Positions 18,187-27,032 of a stretch of 64,000 nucleotides of DNA are shown piece by piece; the stretch's first letter is position 1; the number at the start of each line of letters is the position of its first letter. The notes beneath the pieces are model-generated. The model saw nothing but the letters and a program-made list of their open reading frames with translations, did not search any database and had not been told where the DNA came from. Both the position numbers and the translations under genes were made by a program. The DNA is taken from contig AQTY01000001.1 of the NCBI GenBank assembly GCA_000372225.1, positions 7,323 to 71,322 on the forward strand, read 5' to 3'. The DNA comes from Candidatus Nitromaritima sp. SCGC AAA288-L16. GTDB taxonomy: Bacteria > Nitrospinota > Nitrospinia > Nitrospinales > VA-1.

Positions 18187-19700
18187 GATGCCAAATCTCC
18201 ATTCCCTTCACCTTTTAAAAATTTTTCTAGGAATTCAAGGGAGGCACCTCCACCTGTTGAGACGAAGAAGTTGGATGCTAAATAATTCCATAATACATAG
18301 CTATCATCAACTGGGAATTCCATGCTAAGCAAGTCGCGATTTATTGGGTCTGCCAATTGCCTTTCGATACAACGCTTGATTAGGTTTTTCAATTGATTAA
18401 CTCCAATTTTATTCAATATTGCAGCAGAATCACCCCCACCAATAACTACAGAAAAGTTTGGATTGGTCAATGCCTCTTCAAATAGGAGCTGAGCTAATTC
18501 TAGTGATCCTTCAGCGTAATCGTTGCTAGTAGGGTGATCATATGCTCCTAGCGGACCATTCCAGAATACATTTTCTACCCCATTAGATAAAATTGTATTT
18601 TTGAAATTTTCTATAGTTTTAGGTCCCAGGTCCAGTTGTAATACCTTTTCGAAGTCTGGCTCTGCTTCAATAAAAAAAGTAGAGGCCTTGAATTCATCAA
18701 CGCACTTATAATCATCAGGAAATATTAAATTGACCTTTTTGTCATTTGCAAAGTCCAATATTTCCCCGGCAAGGCTAACTTCATTTACAAGGTTTTGATT
18801 ATTTTCTTCGCTTGAACTAAGTAAAGTCCTTGGAATATCAGATAGCTTAAAGGGAATCATTTTTGTTTTGGCTTTTTTAACAATCAAAAAAGTATTTGCC
18901 ATTTTTCCACCTATGAAAATAGTCTTGACCCCGGCATGTACAAACTGTTTTAATGCGTTGATTTTATCTGAAACTTTAGCCCCACCGGCGATGACCACTG
19001 TTTTACTTGGTTGGTTTATTACCCTTTCTCCAAAGCATCCCAAATTTTTAATTTCTTGGTTTAGGAGGGTACCTGCAACCACTAATTTATTTTGGGTTTT
19101 CATGAGTTGAGGAAGCATTTTTATGCTTTTAGTTGTTCGGTGGCTGCACCCAAACGCGCAATTGATATAAACATCGGACACATTAGCAAGCTCATAGATG
19201 AATTCTTTTCTGTAGGTATCCGGTTTGGACGGATCTAGTAAGTATCTAAGGTTGGGAAGAAACTTTATCCCACCAAGAGGCATACGTTTATGAGAAGCAA
19301 TCTCTAAAGAGTGTTTCATGTGAGAATCTATAATTTCGGGTGGGAAAATAGTATATGTGTCACCGTGAAGCCGACGAATTAACGTATCGAAGTGAGAGCT
19401 AACAAACTGTATATTGAAAATACCATCCCAGCCTGTATGACCTTTTTGCTTATGTGGTCTTCCAAGGTGCGATCCTATGATAATCCTACAGTCTCCTTCG
19501 GTAAGTTCATGAATTTTTTTAAATGTTGTATCCAGAAAACGACGCATCCGTGTATCATCAGCAACACGGTAATAACCTTTTTCTGTTGCAACTAATGGGA
19601 CATTGAAATCACATCGGATAAATATAGACTTCCCTCTTAAATGTTCTGGAGTTAGAGCATCTAGTGAGCGCATACCTATTTGTTTGTTTATCTCGCTCAT
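18141..19700 (-). CDS. pgk: phosphoglycerate kinase, unusually long form (519 aa)
   Basis: PGK motifs are all present: FIRCDFNVPL, GSHLGRP, CAFGCSHR, IAGGAKVSDKI, FWNGPLGAYD, IGGGDSAA, VSTGGGASLEFLE. Extra segments lie between the conserved blocks. Confidence 0.85.
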   Translation of the reverse strand: MSEINKQIGMRSLDALTPEHLRGKSIFIRCDFNVPLVATEKGYYRVADDTRMRRFLDTTFKKIHELTEGDCRIIIGSHLGRPHKQKGHTGWDGIFNIQFVSSHFDTLIRRLHGDTYTIFPPEIIDSHMKHSLEIASHKRMPLGGIKFLPNLRYLLDPSKPDTYRKEFIYELANVSDVYINCAFGCSHRTTKSIKMLPQLMKTQNKLVVAGTLLNQEIKNLGCFGERVINQPSKTVVIAGGAKVSDKINALKQFVHAGVKTIFIGGKMANTFLIVKKAKTKMIPFKLSDIPRTLLSSSEENNQNLVNEVSLAGEILDFANDKKVNLIFPDDYKCVDEFKASTFFIEAEPDFEKVLQLDLGPKTIENFKNTILSNGVENVFWNGPLGAYDHPTSNDYAEGSLELAQLLFEEALTNPNFSVVIGGGDSAAILNKIGVNQLKNLIKRCIERQLADPINRDLLSMEFPVDDSYVLWNYLASNFFVSTGGGASLEFLEKFLKGEGNGDLASYLPGTSTLMELTAA

Positions 19701-20011
19701 AATTGTTTTTCCGTTATATTGTATGAGAACGTCTAATTTTAATATTTGCAGAAAGTCTTTGATTTTGCAATAGGTATTATGATTTCTTTTACTAGTCTAG
19801 TACACATCATGCTCAATAAATTACAAGGTTGTAATTTTAATACGGATTTAGCATTTTTTTGCAAACGCATGGCGGAGAGGTGAGTCATAAACTATTAAAA
19901 ATAAAAGATTAATTGGCTCTATCAGCCTTTGAATTTTTATTACTTTTGGTTTATTATAGTTTAACGGCATAATCCCATCGTGGGCCTGCTAAAGATGAAA
20001 GAAAGGTTATC

Positions 20012-21919
20012 ATGGCAAAAAAACTATCAATGATGATCAATAGAGATCATCCGGAAGTCTGCCGCGCAGTTATTTTAGAGGATGGCAGGATCAATGATTA
20101 TATTGTAGAAAACGTTTCGCAAGAGAAGATTAAAGGGAATATTTATTTGGGTGTTATTAATCGTGTAGAACCAGCCATTGAAGCTGCTTTTGTGGATTTT
20201 GGAGGAAGCAAATATGGTTTTTTATCCTTTAAAGATGTTCTCAAAGAGTCGTATGTCGATACTGGTGAAAGGAAAGCCCGTGTTCGCATACAGGATGTTT
20301 TAGTTCGAGGTCAAGAAATACTGGTGCAGGTTGCGAAGGAGAGTCGCGATGCTAAAGGACCTTCTCTTACTAATAGCATTTCCCTTCCTGGGAGGTTTTT
20401 GGTGCTGATGTCTGGTTCACATGCTAGTGCTGTTTCTCGAAAAATTGAAGATGGAGAAGAACGGAAAAAGCTTAAAACACTTGTTGCGGACTTTAAACTT
20501 CCGGACAATTTAGGGTTAATCATTAGAACGGCCGGGTTGGGTAGGACAAAAACGGAACTTCAAAAAGACCTCCAGAGACTTCTCATGGTTTGGGAAAACC
20601 TATCCACTTCTCGTGAAAAAAAAATTAATAAACCACCTTTTCTCCTATATCAAGAAGCGGATATGGTGGTCCGACTAGTTAGGGATAACTTCACAACAGA
20701 GACGTCAGAAGTTCTTGTGGATAATATTGAATCTTATAATGCTGTCAATGGTTTTATGAAGATGGTTATGCCGCGCTTTACAAACCGAGTAAAACTGTAT
20801 AAGGACACTACGCCCATATTTTCACGATTTAATATAGAAGATCAGATTGAATCGTTGTACCAGCGCAATGTTTCCTTGCCTTCAGGTGGTTCGATTGTCA
20901 TTGATTCAGGCGAGGCAATGGTTGCGATAGACGTCAATTCAGGTAAGACGACAAGTGCTAGCCAACTAGAAGAAACAGCACTTAAAACAAATCTGGAAGC
21001 GGCTGAAGAGATTGGAAGGCAGTTACGTCTACGAGATCTTGGTGGACTTGTCGTGATCGACTTTATCGATATGTTTCATAAGAAAAATCAGACATTAGTT
21101 GAAAAAGAGATAAAAAAAATATGCAAACTTGATAAGGCTAGAATCAATATTGCAAGAATTTCCAAATTTGGATTACTGGAAATGTCGAGACAAAGATTGG
21201 CTCCTCCGGTTCAACAGGGTGCATTTGTCAAGTGCGATTCTTGTGCAGGGACAGGAATTATACGTTCGTTAAATTATGTTGTTATGCATGTTTTACGGAA
21301 AATTAACGAAAATTTGGCAAGTGGAAAGGTTAAAGAATTGACTGTTGAGGTCTCCTCCGATGTTACAGAGTATATGCTTAACCACAAGTCAGCATTTTTA
21401 TTAGGACTTCAAGAAAAACTGCAATTCAAATTAGAGTTTTTGAGTAAACCTGGAGTTAGATGGACTGAATTTAAGTATCTTGTTACAAAAAAAACATCTG
21501 AGGAACTAAAAGATCTAGATTTGAGTACTATTAATACATCCATAGAAACAATGAAGCTAAAAGGTGAACAAGAGCAATCAAGGCCTCGAAATAAAGCTAA
21601 TGGCTTAAATAAAGTTCGGCGGAGTCGACCTACTGAAAGAAAAAGGTATACTCGTCGTAACTCTAATGCTCAAAGGTTTGATAGAAAAAGAATGCCGAGT
21701 AAAATTGGTAATTCGAACGAAGATGGAAGTGATTTAGTGGTCCAACAAGATACATCTGATGTGACTCCCAAAGAAACAGTACCGGTTTCTCCAACGTTGC
21801 CATTGAGTATAGCCCCAAAACCTGACAGAGAAAGTGAGAATCTTATTGAGCGCATAACAGGATTTTTTGGAAAAACTTCAAAAGATGAAGATTCACCTTC
21901 ATCGGGGGCAGAATCTTAA
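20012..21919 (+). CDS. rne: ribonuclease E/G family endoribonuclease
   Basis: 635 aa. It has the S1 domain GNIYLGVINRVEPAIEAAFVDFG and the catalytic-core pattern AIDVNSGK. The C-terminal tail is Arg/Lys-rich. Confidence 0.9.
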   Translation: MAKKLSMMINRDHPEVCRAVILEDGRINDYIVENVSQEKIKGNIYLGVINRVEPAIEAAFVDFGGSKYGFLSFKDVLKESYVDTGERKARVRIQDVLVRGQEILVQVAKESRDAKGPSLTNSISLPGRFLVLMSGSHASAVSRKIEDGEERKKLKTLVADFKLPDNLGLIIRTAGLGRTKTELQKDLQRLLMVWENLSTSREKKINKPPFLLYQEADMVVRLVRDNFTTETSEVLVDNIESYNAVNGFMKMVMPRFTNRVKLYKDTTPIFSRFNIEDQIESLYQRNVSLPSGGSIVIDSGEAMVAIDVNSGKTTSASQLEETALKTNLEAAEEIGRQLRLRDLGGLVVIDFIDMFHKKNQTLVEKEIKKICKLDKARINIARISKFGLLEMSRQRLAPPVQQGAFVKCDSCAGTGIIRSLNYVVMHVLRKINENLASGKVKELTVEVSSDVTEYMLNHKSAFLLGLQEKLQFKLEFLSKPGVRWTEFKYLVTKKTSEELKDLDLSTINTSIETMKLKGEQEQSRPRNKANGLNKVRRSRPTERKRYTRRNSNAQRFDRKRMPSKIGNSNEDGSDLVVQQDTSDVTPKETVPVSPTLPLSIAPKPDRESENLIERITGFFGKTSKDEDSPSSGAES

Positions 21920-21926
21920 GGAAAAC

Positions 21927-22655
21927 TTAAATTGATTTAGCGCAACGAAATCCTGTGTCCCAGAAACGCCCTTGAGGTGGTGCAAAATTACGGTAAGGCA
22001 AAATTATAAATTCTTTCATGAGGCCGTGCTTCATTTTATGAAAGGAACCGCCTCTTATAACCTTGACGTTTTCTCCATATAGTGTGTCTTTAAATTCAGA
22101 ATTTTTATAGGAATTGTACCAGCTGGTTGTCCACTCTGAAACATTTCCATTCAAATCACTCACTCCGTAAATACTAGTATCACTGGGTAGACTGCCAATT
22201 GAACGAACTTGGGTTCCAAAATTTGCATTTTCATGGCTGAATTGATCTCCCCACACAAACAGTCTTTCATCAGATCCTCGAGCAGCTTTTTCCCATTCAA
22301 CCTCTGTAGGAAGTCGCTTTTTTTGAGAAAGGCAATAAGCATCTGCTTCATACCAGCTCACTCCACGAATCGGTTCACTGCTATTCATAGTCTCATATTT
22401 AAACTTCGGTTTGAATCTATGAAATGCTTCAAAAGTAACTTCGGATTGATCAATGAAAAATGATTTGAGGTAAACTTTTTGAGCAGGTTGGGCATTTAGC
22501 GATAAAGTAGCATCCGACATGAACTGAATTATTTCATTATTTGGATTAATTCCTAAAGTGAAATCGCCCTTGGGTATCATTATCATCCCTGGTGGATTGC
22601 CCGAGCATGAGACAAAAAATATTAGAGATAAAAGAACCTGATGAGATCTATTCAA
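21927..22655 (-). CDS. FGE-sulfatase fold lipoprotein, no catalytic Cys pair
   Basis: 242 aa with the lipobox-like FFVSCSG. Motifs: FFIDQSEVTF, VSWYEADAYC, LPTEVEWEKAA, GNVSEWTTSW, IRGGSF, GFRCA. Confidence 0.85.
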   Translation of the reverse strand: MNRSHQVLLSLIFFVSCSGNPPGMIMIPKGDFTLGINPNNEIIQFMSDATLSLNAQPAQKVYLKSFFIDQSEVTFEAFHRFKPKFKYETMNSSEPIRGVSWYEADAYCLSQKKRLPTEVEWEKAARGSDERLFVWGDQFSHENANFGTQVRSIGSLPSDTSIYGVSDLNGNVSEWTTSWYNSYKNSEFKDTLYGENVKVIRGGSFHKMKHGLMKEFIILPYRNFAPPQGRFWDTGFRCAKSI

Positions 22656-23383
22656 TTATTCTTTTTCTGGGAAGTGGTGGAGGATGTTAGGACGTTAGCC
22701 GTAACTGGAAAGTTTTCATTGTCTTCAGTATGAATATATTCAATTGAATAACATGCTGCTTCTTGGCGACTGCACATTGCTGATTTGCATTCAGATTCAT
22801 TGCGGTGGCAATAGTAATTAAGGATTCTCATTTTCAGGTGTCCCCCATCAGCCATCTGCGCTACATACACATTTTTCTGCGATTCTATATTATGGGTTCT
22901 GGTGCGATAAAGATACCAATCTGAAATTGCTTTGTTGAGAATTTTTCCATAAGACTTTGCGTCTTGAGTGTATCCATCGCTAGGTATGTTGGTTATTGAA
23001 TCAAAGTTAACAGGACCTAGGTTTTTAAGTGATACCCTTCCTTCAGGGTTTGTCACGCCACCATTAGTGACTATTTTAGTTCTTTGGAATCCTATATCCC
23101 ATGGAAAATTGTTTATTTTATCTTTTTTCTTTTCAAGGTCTTTCACTTGATAGGTTTTCATTGTAGAAAAATCGACAAGGGTCCATTTTTTTCGAGATGT
23201 TGCATCTACTTTAATTATTGGATTGTGGGACGTTACTGGCTTCAGCTTGGGAGATGGTAGGGGACGAGATTCAAAATCATCGATGTTATCGGCCATATAA
23301 TTGATTGTAATAAGAAAAAGAGTCGACCCAATAAGAAGGCCACCCATTATATTTAAAGTGTTATTCATTGCTGATATTTTCAT
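22652..23383 (-). CDS. HmuY-family-like protein (membrane anchored)
   Basis: 243 aa with an N-terminal TM helix. The pattern KKWTLVDFS...WDIGFQRTKIVTNGGVTNPEG...NVYVAQMADGGHLKMRILNYY resembles the HmuY family by eye. Its stop overlaps the downstream FGE-like gene by 4 nt. Confidence 0.55.
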   Translation of the reverse strand: MKISAMNNTLNIMGGLLIGSTLFLITINYMADNIDDFESRPLPSPKLKPVTSHNPIIKVDATSRKKWTLVDFSTMKTYQVKDLEKKKDKINNFPWDIGFQRTKIVTNGGVTNPEGRVSLKNLGPVNFDSITNIPSDGYTQDAKSYGKILNKAISDWYLYRTRTHNIESQKNVYVAQMADGGHLKMRILNYYCHRNESECKSAMCSRQEAACYSIEYIHTEDNENFPVTANVLTSSTTSQKKNN

Positions 23384-23525
23384 GATATAGATTCGACCAA
23401 AGACCTATTAGGGCAAGGTTAAGAAGAAAAGATAAAGCTAATAAAGCTAAGGTTTTTTAATTAGTTTTATTTTATAATAGCATAATCTTTACGTTGTTTT
23501 TACTGGGTTTTTATAAATTAAAAGT

Positions 23526-24149
23526 ATGTCAAACAAACAGTTTGAATTTAAAAAAGCTCAAATAGAGCGATATGTTAAAGCTGAATACGAAAAAAAATTT
23601 CGTAAAAATGCTCGTATTTCTCTACGGAAACGGCAAAAGTTTATGGGTGATATGAGTCGAAAAGTAAGCAAAAAATTTGGGAAGGATGTTTTATGCCTTA
23701 TTGATTTTGCAAAAGGAGGTTTTTTTTCTTTAATTTCACCCTCTTACACAGAATCAACTAATTTGGGCCGTTTATTTGATTCGTTTGTTCATACACAAAT
23801 TGCTTATACATCGCATTGCTTAGAACGCTTTAGTGCACGTGCTGATACTAATGAAAATTGTATTATTAAGATGGATTCCTATATGGGTGAAGCTCTGTTA
23901 ACCTATGGTGAAAACTTAGGTTATTTAACATGCCCCTCAGGGGTTTTTGCTTATGAAGTTATGGGTGGGCGAATGATCATAAAAACTTATATCAATTTCA
24001 ACCTCCTGTCAGAAAAACAAATCAATAAATTCTATGGATCAGGAACAGCGACAGTATTGCCTAGGGAATACATAACTGATGACCATAGTCAATCTGATTT
24101 TAAACTTATTGACGAATATGAAGAGTCACCAGATCAACCGCTTACCTAA
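23526..24149 (+). CDS. hypothetical protein
   Basis: 207-aa ORF with a basic N-terminal third. No recognisable family. Confidence 0.5.
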   Translation: MSNKQFEFKKAQIERYVKAEYEKKFRKNARISLRKRQKFMGDMSRKVSKKFGKDVLCLIDFAKGGFFSLISPSYTESTNLGRLFDSFVHTQIAYTSHCLERFSARADTNENCIIKMDSYMGEALLTYGENLGYLTCPSGVFAYEVMGGRMIIKTYINFNLLSEKQINKFYGSGTATVLPREYITDDHSQSDFKLIDEYEESPDQPLT

Positions 24150-24229
24150 ATAGAATTAGTTATTATAGTTACCCCTTGCTGCACACAATTAATTATCCCT
24201 GTTAAATAATCCTATGAATTCATACCAAA

Positions 24230-24885
24230 ATGATTAAGGTTTTTAATCTATATAAATCCTATGGGGGGATTGCTCCGGTATTGATGGATATTTCTTTTGA
24301 TATTCAAGATGGTGAATTTGTTTTATTAACTGGTCAGAGCGGTGCAGGTAAAACTACTCTATTTAAAGTTCTGTTTGGGTGGGAAAAGATTGACCGCGGA
24401 CAGATTTTAGTTGGAGGTATAAATGTTGGAAAATTGAATGAAAAGAATTTGTACCAGTTGCGGCGTAAAGTAGGATTTGTTTTTCAAGACTATAAGCTTC
24501 TTGCAAAAAAAACTGTATTTGAGAATGTAGCTTTTGCTCAACAAATTGTAGGCTCGAACATGAAAACAGTTAGAACAAAAACATGGAATGCGCTTAAAAA
24601 TGTGGGCCTAGTGAAAAAAAAGATTCTTACACATCTCAATTGTCAGGCGGAGAGCAACAGCGAGTTTCAATAGCTAGAGCTATAGTGAATGACCCAGAGC
24701 TTATTCTTGCAGATGAGCCGACTGGGAATCTTGACTCTGAAATATCTAAAGAAATTCTCGCGCTATTTGAAAAAATAAATCAACAAGGAAAAACCATAAT
24801 TATTGCAACTCATAGTGCTGAAATATTACGTGAAAAGAAGCGCCGGCATTTACTTCTTAAGCGTGGGAAGTTGATTCAGTCCTGA
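24230..24885 (+). pseudogene. ftsE: cell-division ABC ATPase FtsE, interrupted by a single -1 frame change inside an A8 run (pseudogene, recoding site or homopolymer sequencing error)
   Basis: ORF 24230-24673 carries Walker A GQSGAGKTT. ORF 24640-24885, in the -1 frame, carries the rest of the signature, [13 protein letters not shown], and Walker [12 protein letters not shown]. One extra A in the run at 24614-24621 would give the continuous sequence ...[23 protein letters not shown]. Confidence 0.85.
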
Positions 24886-24889
24886 AAAA

Positions 24890-25798
24890 ATGAATTTATT
24901 CTCCTTTAACCTCGTTAAATCAACATTTTCAAATATCAAATCTAATAAGCAATTATTTTTATTGTCTGTTGCTACTAATTTTATTGCATTTACCGTTCTT
25001 GGGGTATTTTTTCTTCTATTTGTTAACCTCGACATTCTTTTTTCTTCTTGGGACAAACACATCCAGCTTGTTGTGTACTTGGATGATAAAATTTCCAACT
25101 CTAATAAAAAGAAAATAGAATTATTATTTAATTCAAATAATAAAATTAATTCTATCATTTTTATTTCCCGTGACCAAGCATGGGAAAATTTTCGAGGTAA
25201 ATTTTCTTCCAAGTCAAAATTTGTTACTTCTTTAAAGTTCAATCCATTGCCAGATTCTTATACTCTCAGCTTTGCAAGTGGTTCTGATCGATTAAAAAAT
25301 ATCAGAGATTTTTCAGAAAAAATAAAGAATGAGAAAGGTGTAGAGTCAGTAGAATATGGTGAAAAATGGATTTCTCGATTTGAGCAGTTTATGATTTTTC
25401 TTAAAGGCTTTATTCTGACTTTTGGAGTTGTGTTATTTTCTGGAATGATTTTGATAATATCTAACACTATTAAATTGTCGATCTATTCTCGGAAGGATGA
25501 AATTAATTTAATGACATTGTTAGGGGCGACCCATCACTTTATAAAAGCCCCTCTATTACTTGAAGGAGTGTTGCAAGGAGTTACGGGTGCTCTGTTATCA
25601 TTGGTTACTGTTAAATTAATTCATTTATATATCGTTTTTTGGTTTCAAGGATCCCTTGAGTCTATTTTTCGTGGATTTGATTTCCAGTATTTAACCAATC
25701 CTATTATTTACTCTGTCATCAGCACAGGAATCATTATTGGTGTTTTGGGTAGTTCATTGTCTGCTAACCAATTTCTTAACAGGCGTAATTCAGAATGA
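24890..25798 (+). CDS. ftsX: cell-division permease-like protein FtsX
   Basis: 302 aa with four TM segments and an FtsX-type periplasmic loop. It lies directly after ftsE. Confidence 0.85.
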   Translation: MNLFSFNLVKSTFSNIKSNKQLFLLSVATNFIAFTVLGVFFLLFVNLDILFSSWDKHIQLVVYLDDKISNSNKKKIELLFNSNNKINSIIFISRDQAWENFRGKFSSKSKFVTSLKFNPLPDSYTLSFASGSDRLKNIRDFSEKIKNEKGVESVEYGEKWISRFEQFMIFLKGFILTFGVVLFSGMILIISNTIKLSIYSRKDEINLMTLLGATHHFIKAPLLLEGVLQGVTGALLSLVTVKLIHLYIVFWFQGSLESIFRGFDFQYLTNPIIYSVISTGIIIGVLGSSLSANQFLNRRNSE

Positions 25799-26976
25799 TT
25801 TTGATTAAGAAAATTTTAATTCTCTGCGTCTTTACTTTTATTTTCGATTTAAGACCAGTTTTGGTCGAAAGTGCTGATATCGATGAAATCAATATCATGT
25901 TGAGGAAAGAGAAAGATAAACTTACTAAACTCAAAAAGGAGATCGAAAATCAAACAAAAATCCTTAATAAAATGGGTAGAAAAGAATATTCTAATTTAAA
26001 AAAAAAGAGAATTCTTGACGGGCAGTTAAAAATTAAGGAGAGAGAACTTAAAATTTACAACTGGAATTTAAAGATTAATAAAAATAACGTTAGTTCATTG
26101 AGTAAAAAAATCACTCAAGGCGAAAAACAGGTTTACTTGCAACAAAAAAACCTAGGGAGGCGCTTAAGATCTATATATAAAGAAGGAGATCTTTTCTCGA
26201 TTAAACTCCTGTTTTCGTCAGAAGATTTCACAGATCTTCTTAGAAGAGCTAAATACTTGGATAGTATTATGGCGTACGATAAATTTATTTTTAGTAACTA
26301 CGAAAAGGAGTTAGCTAATTTTTATAACAAAAAGGAAGTTTTGCTTAATGCAAAAGGACAACTTGATTTATATAAAAATTCGGCTATAACTAAAAAAAAA
26401 GAGATCGTTAAAGAGAAAGAAAAGAAGAAACAATTTTTAGTAAGACTTAGTAAAGAAAAAAAAATAAATAAACTCCTTAGAGAGGAATTAGTTCATTCAT
26501 CAAAGAAACTTAATCAATTGATTTCTAGGTTGGAAAATAAAATAGCTCATGGCGAAGGTCTCGATATTAATGATAAAAAAGGGGCCTTGCTTCCACCCGT
26601 GAAGGGGAAGCTTTTAAACAATTTTGGACGAGAGCGAGATAAAATATATAATACATATATTGTTCATAATGGAGTATCTATAAGAGTTCGAAAAGGAACT
26701 CCCGTTCGTTCCGTTTTTAATGGAAGAGTTCTTTACACTGGTACCCTCGATGGTTACGGTAATATTATTATTATTGGACATGGAATGAATTATCATTCCC
26801 TTTATGGTCATTTAGATGAAATTATTTCGAATACGGGGAAAACTGTTCGATCTGGTCAAATAATTGGCCGTTCCGGAGACACTGGTTCAGTCAATGGGGA
26901 GACTTTGTATTTCGAAATGAGATATAAAGGTAAACCAATTGAACCTACTGCATGGTTAAGCCTATCAAGTAATTAA
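25795..26976 (+). CDS. envC: M23 peptidase-domain murein hydrolase activator (EnvC-like)
   Basis: 393 aa with a signal sequence, a long Lys/Glu coiled coil, and the C-terminal M23 pattern GHGMNYHSLYGHL...GRSGDTGS...LYFEMR. It overlaps ftsX by 4 nt. Confidence 0.8.
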   Translation: MILIKKILILCVFTFIFDLRPVLVESADIDEINIMLRKEKDKLTKLKKEIENQTKILNKMGRKEYSNLKKKRILDGQLKIKERELKIYNWNLKINKNNVSSLSKKITQGEKQVYLQQKNLGRRLRSIYKEGDLFSIKLLFSSEDFTDLLRRAKYLDSIMAYDKFIFSNYEKELANFYNKKEVLLNAKGQLDLYKNSAITKKKEIVKEKEKKKQFLVRLSKEKKINKLLREELVHSSKKLNQLISRLENKIAHGEGLDINDKKGALLPPVKGKLLNNFGRERDKIYNTYIVHNGVSIRVRKGTPVRSVFNGRVLYTGTLDGYGNIIIIGHGMNYHSLYGHLDEIISNTGKTVRSGQIIGRSGDTGSVNGETLYFEMRYKGKPIEPTAWLSLSSN

Positions 26977-27032
26977 ATTTTATTTATTTGATTGAATTAC
27001 AAATTTTTGTATAACTGGAGGATGTTTTTCTT

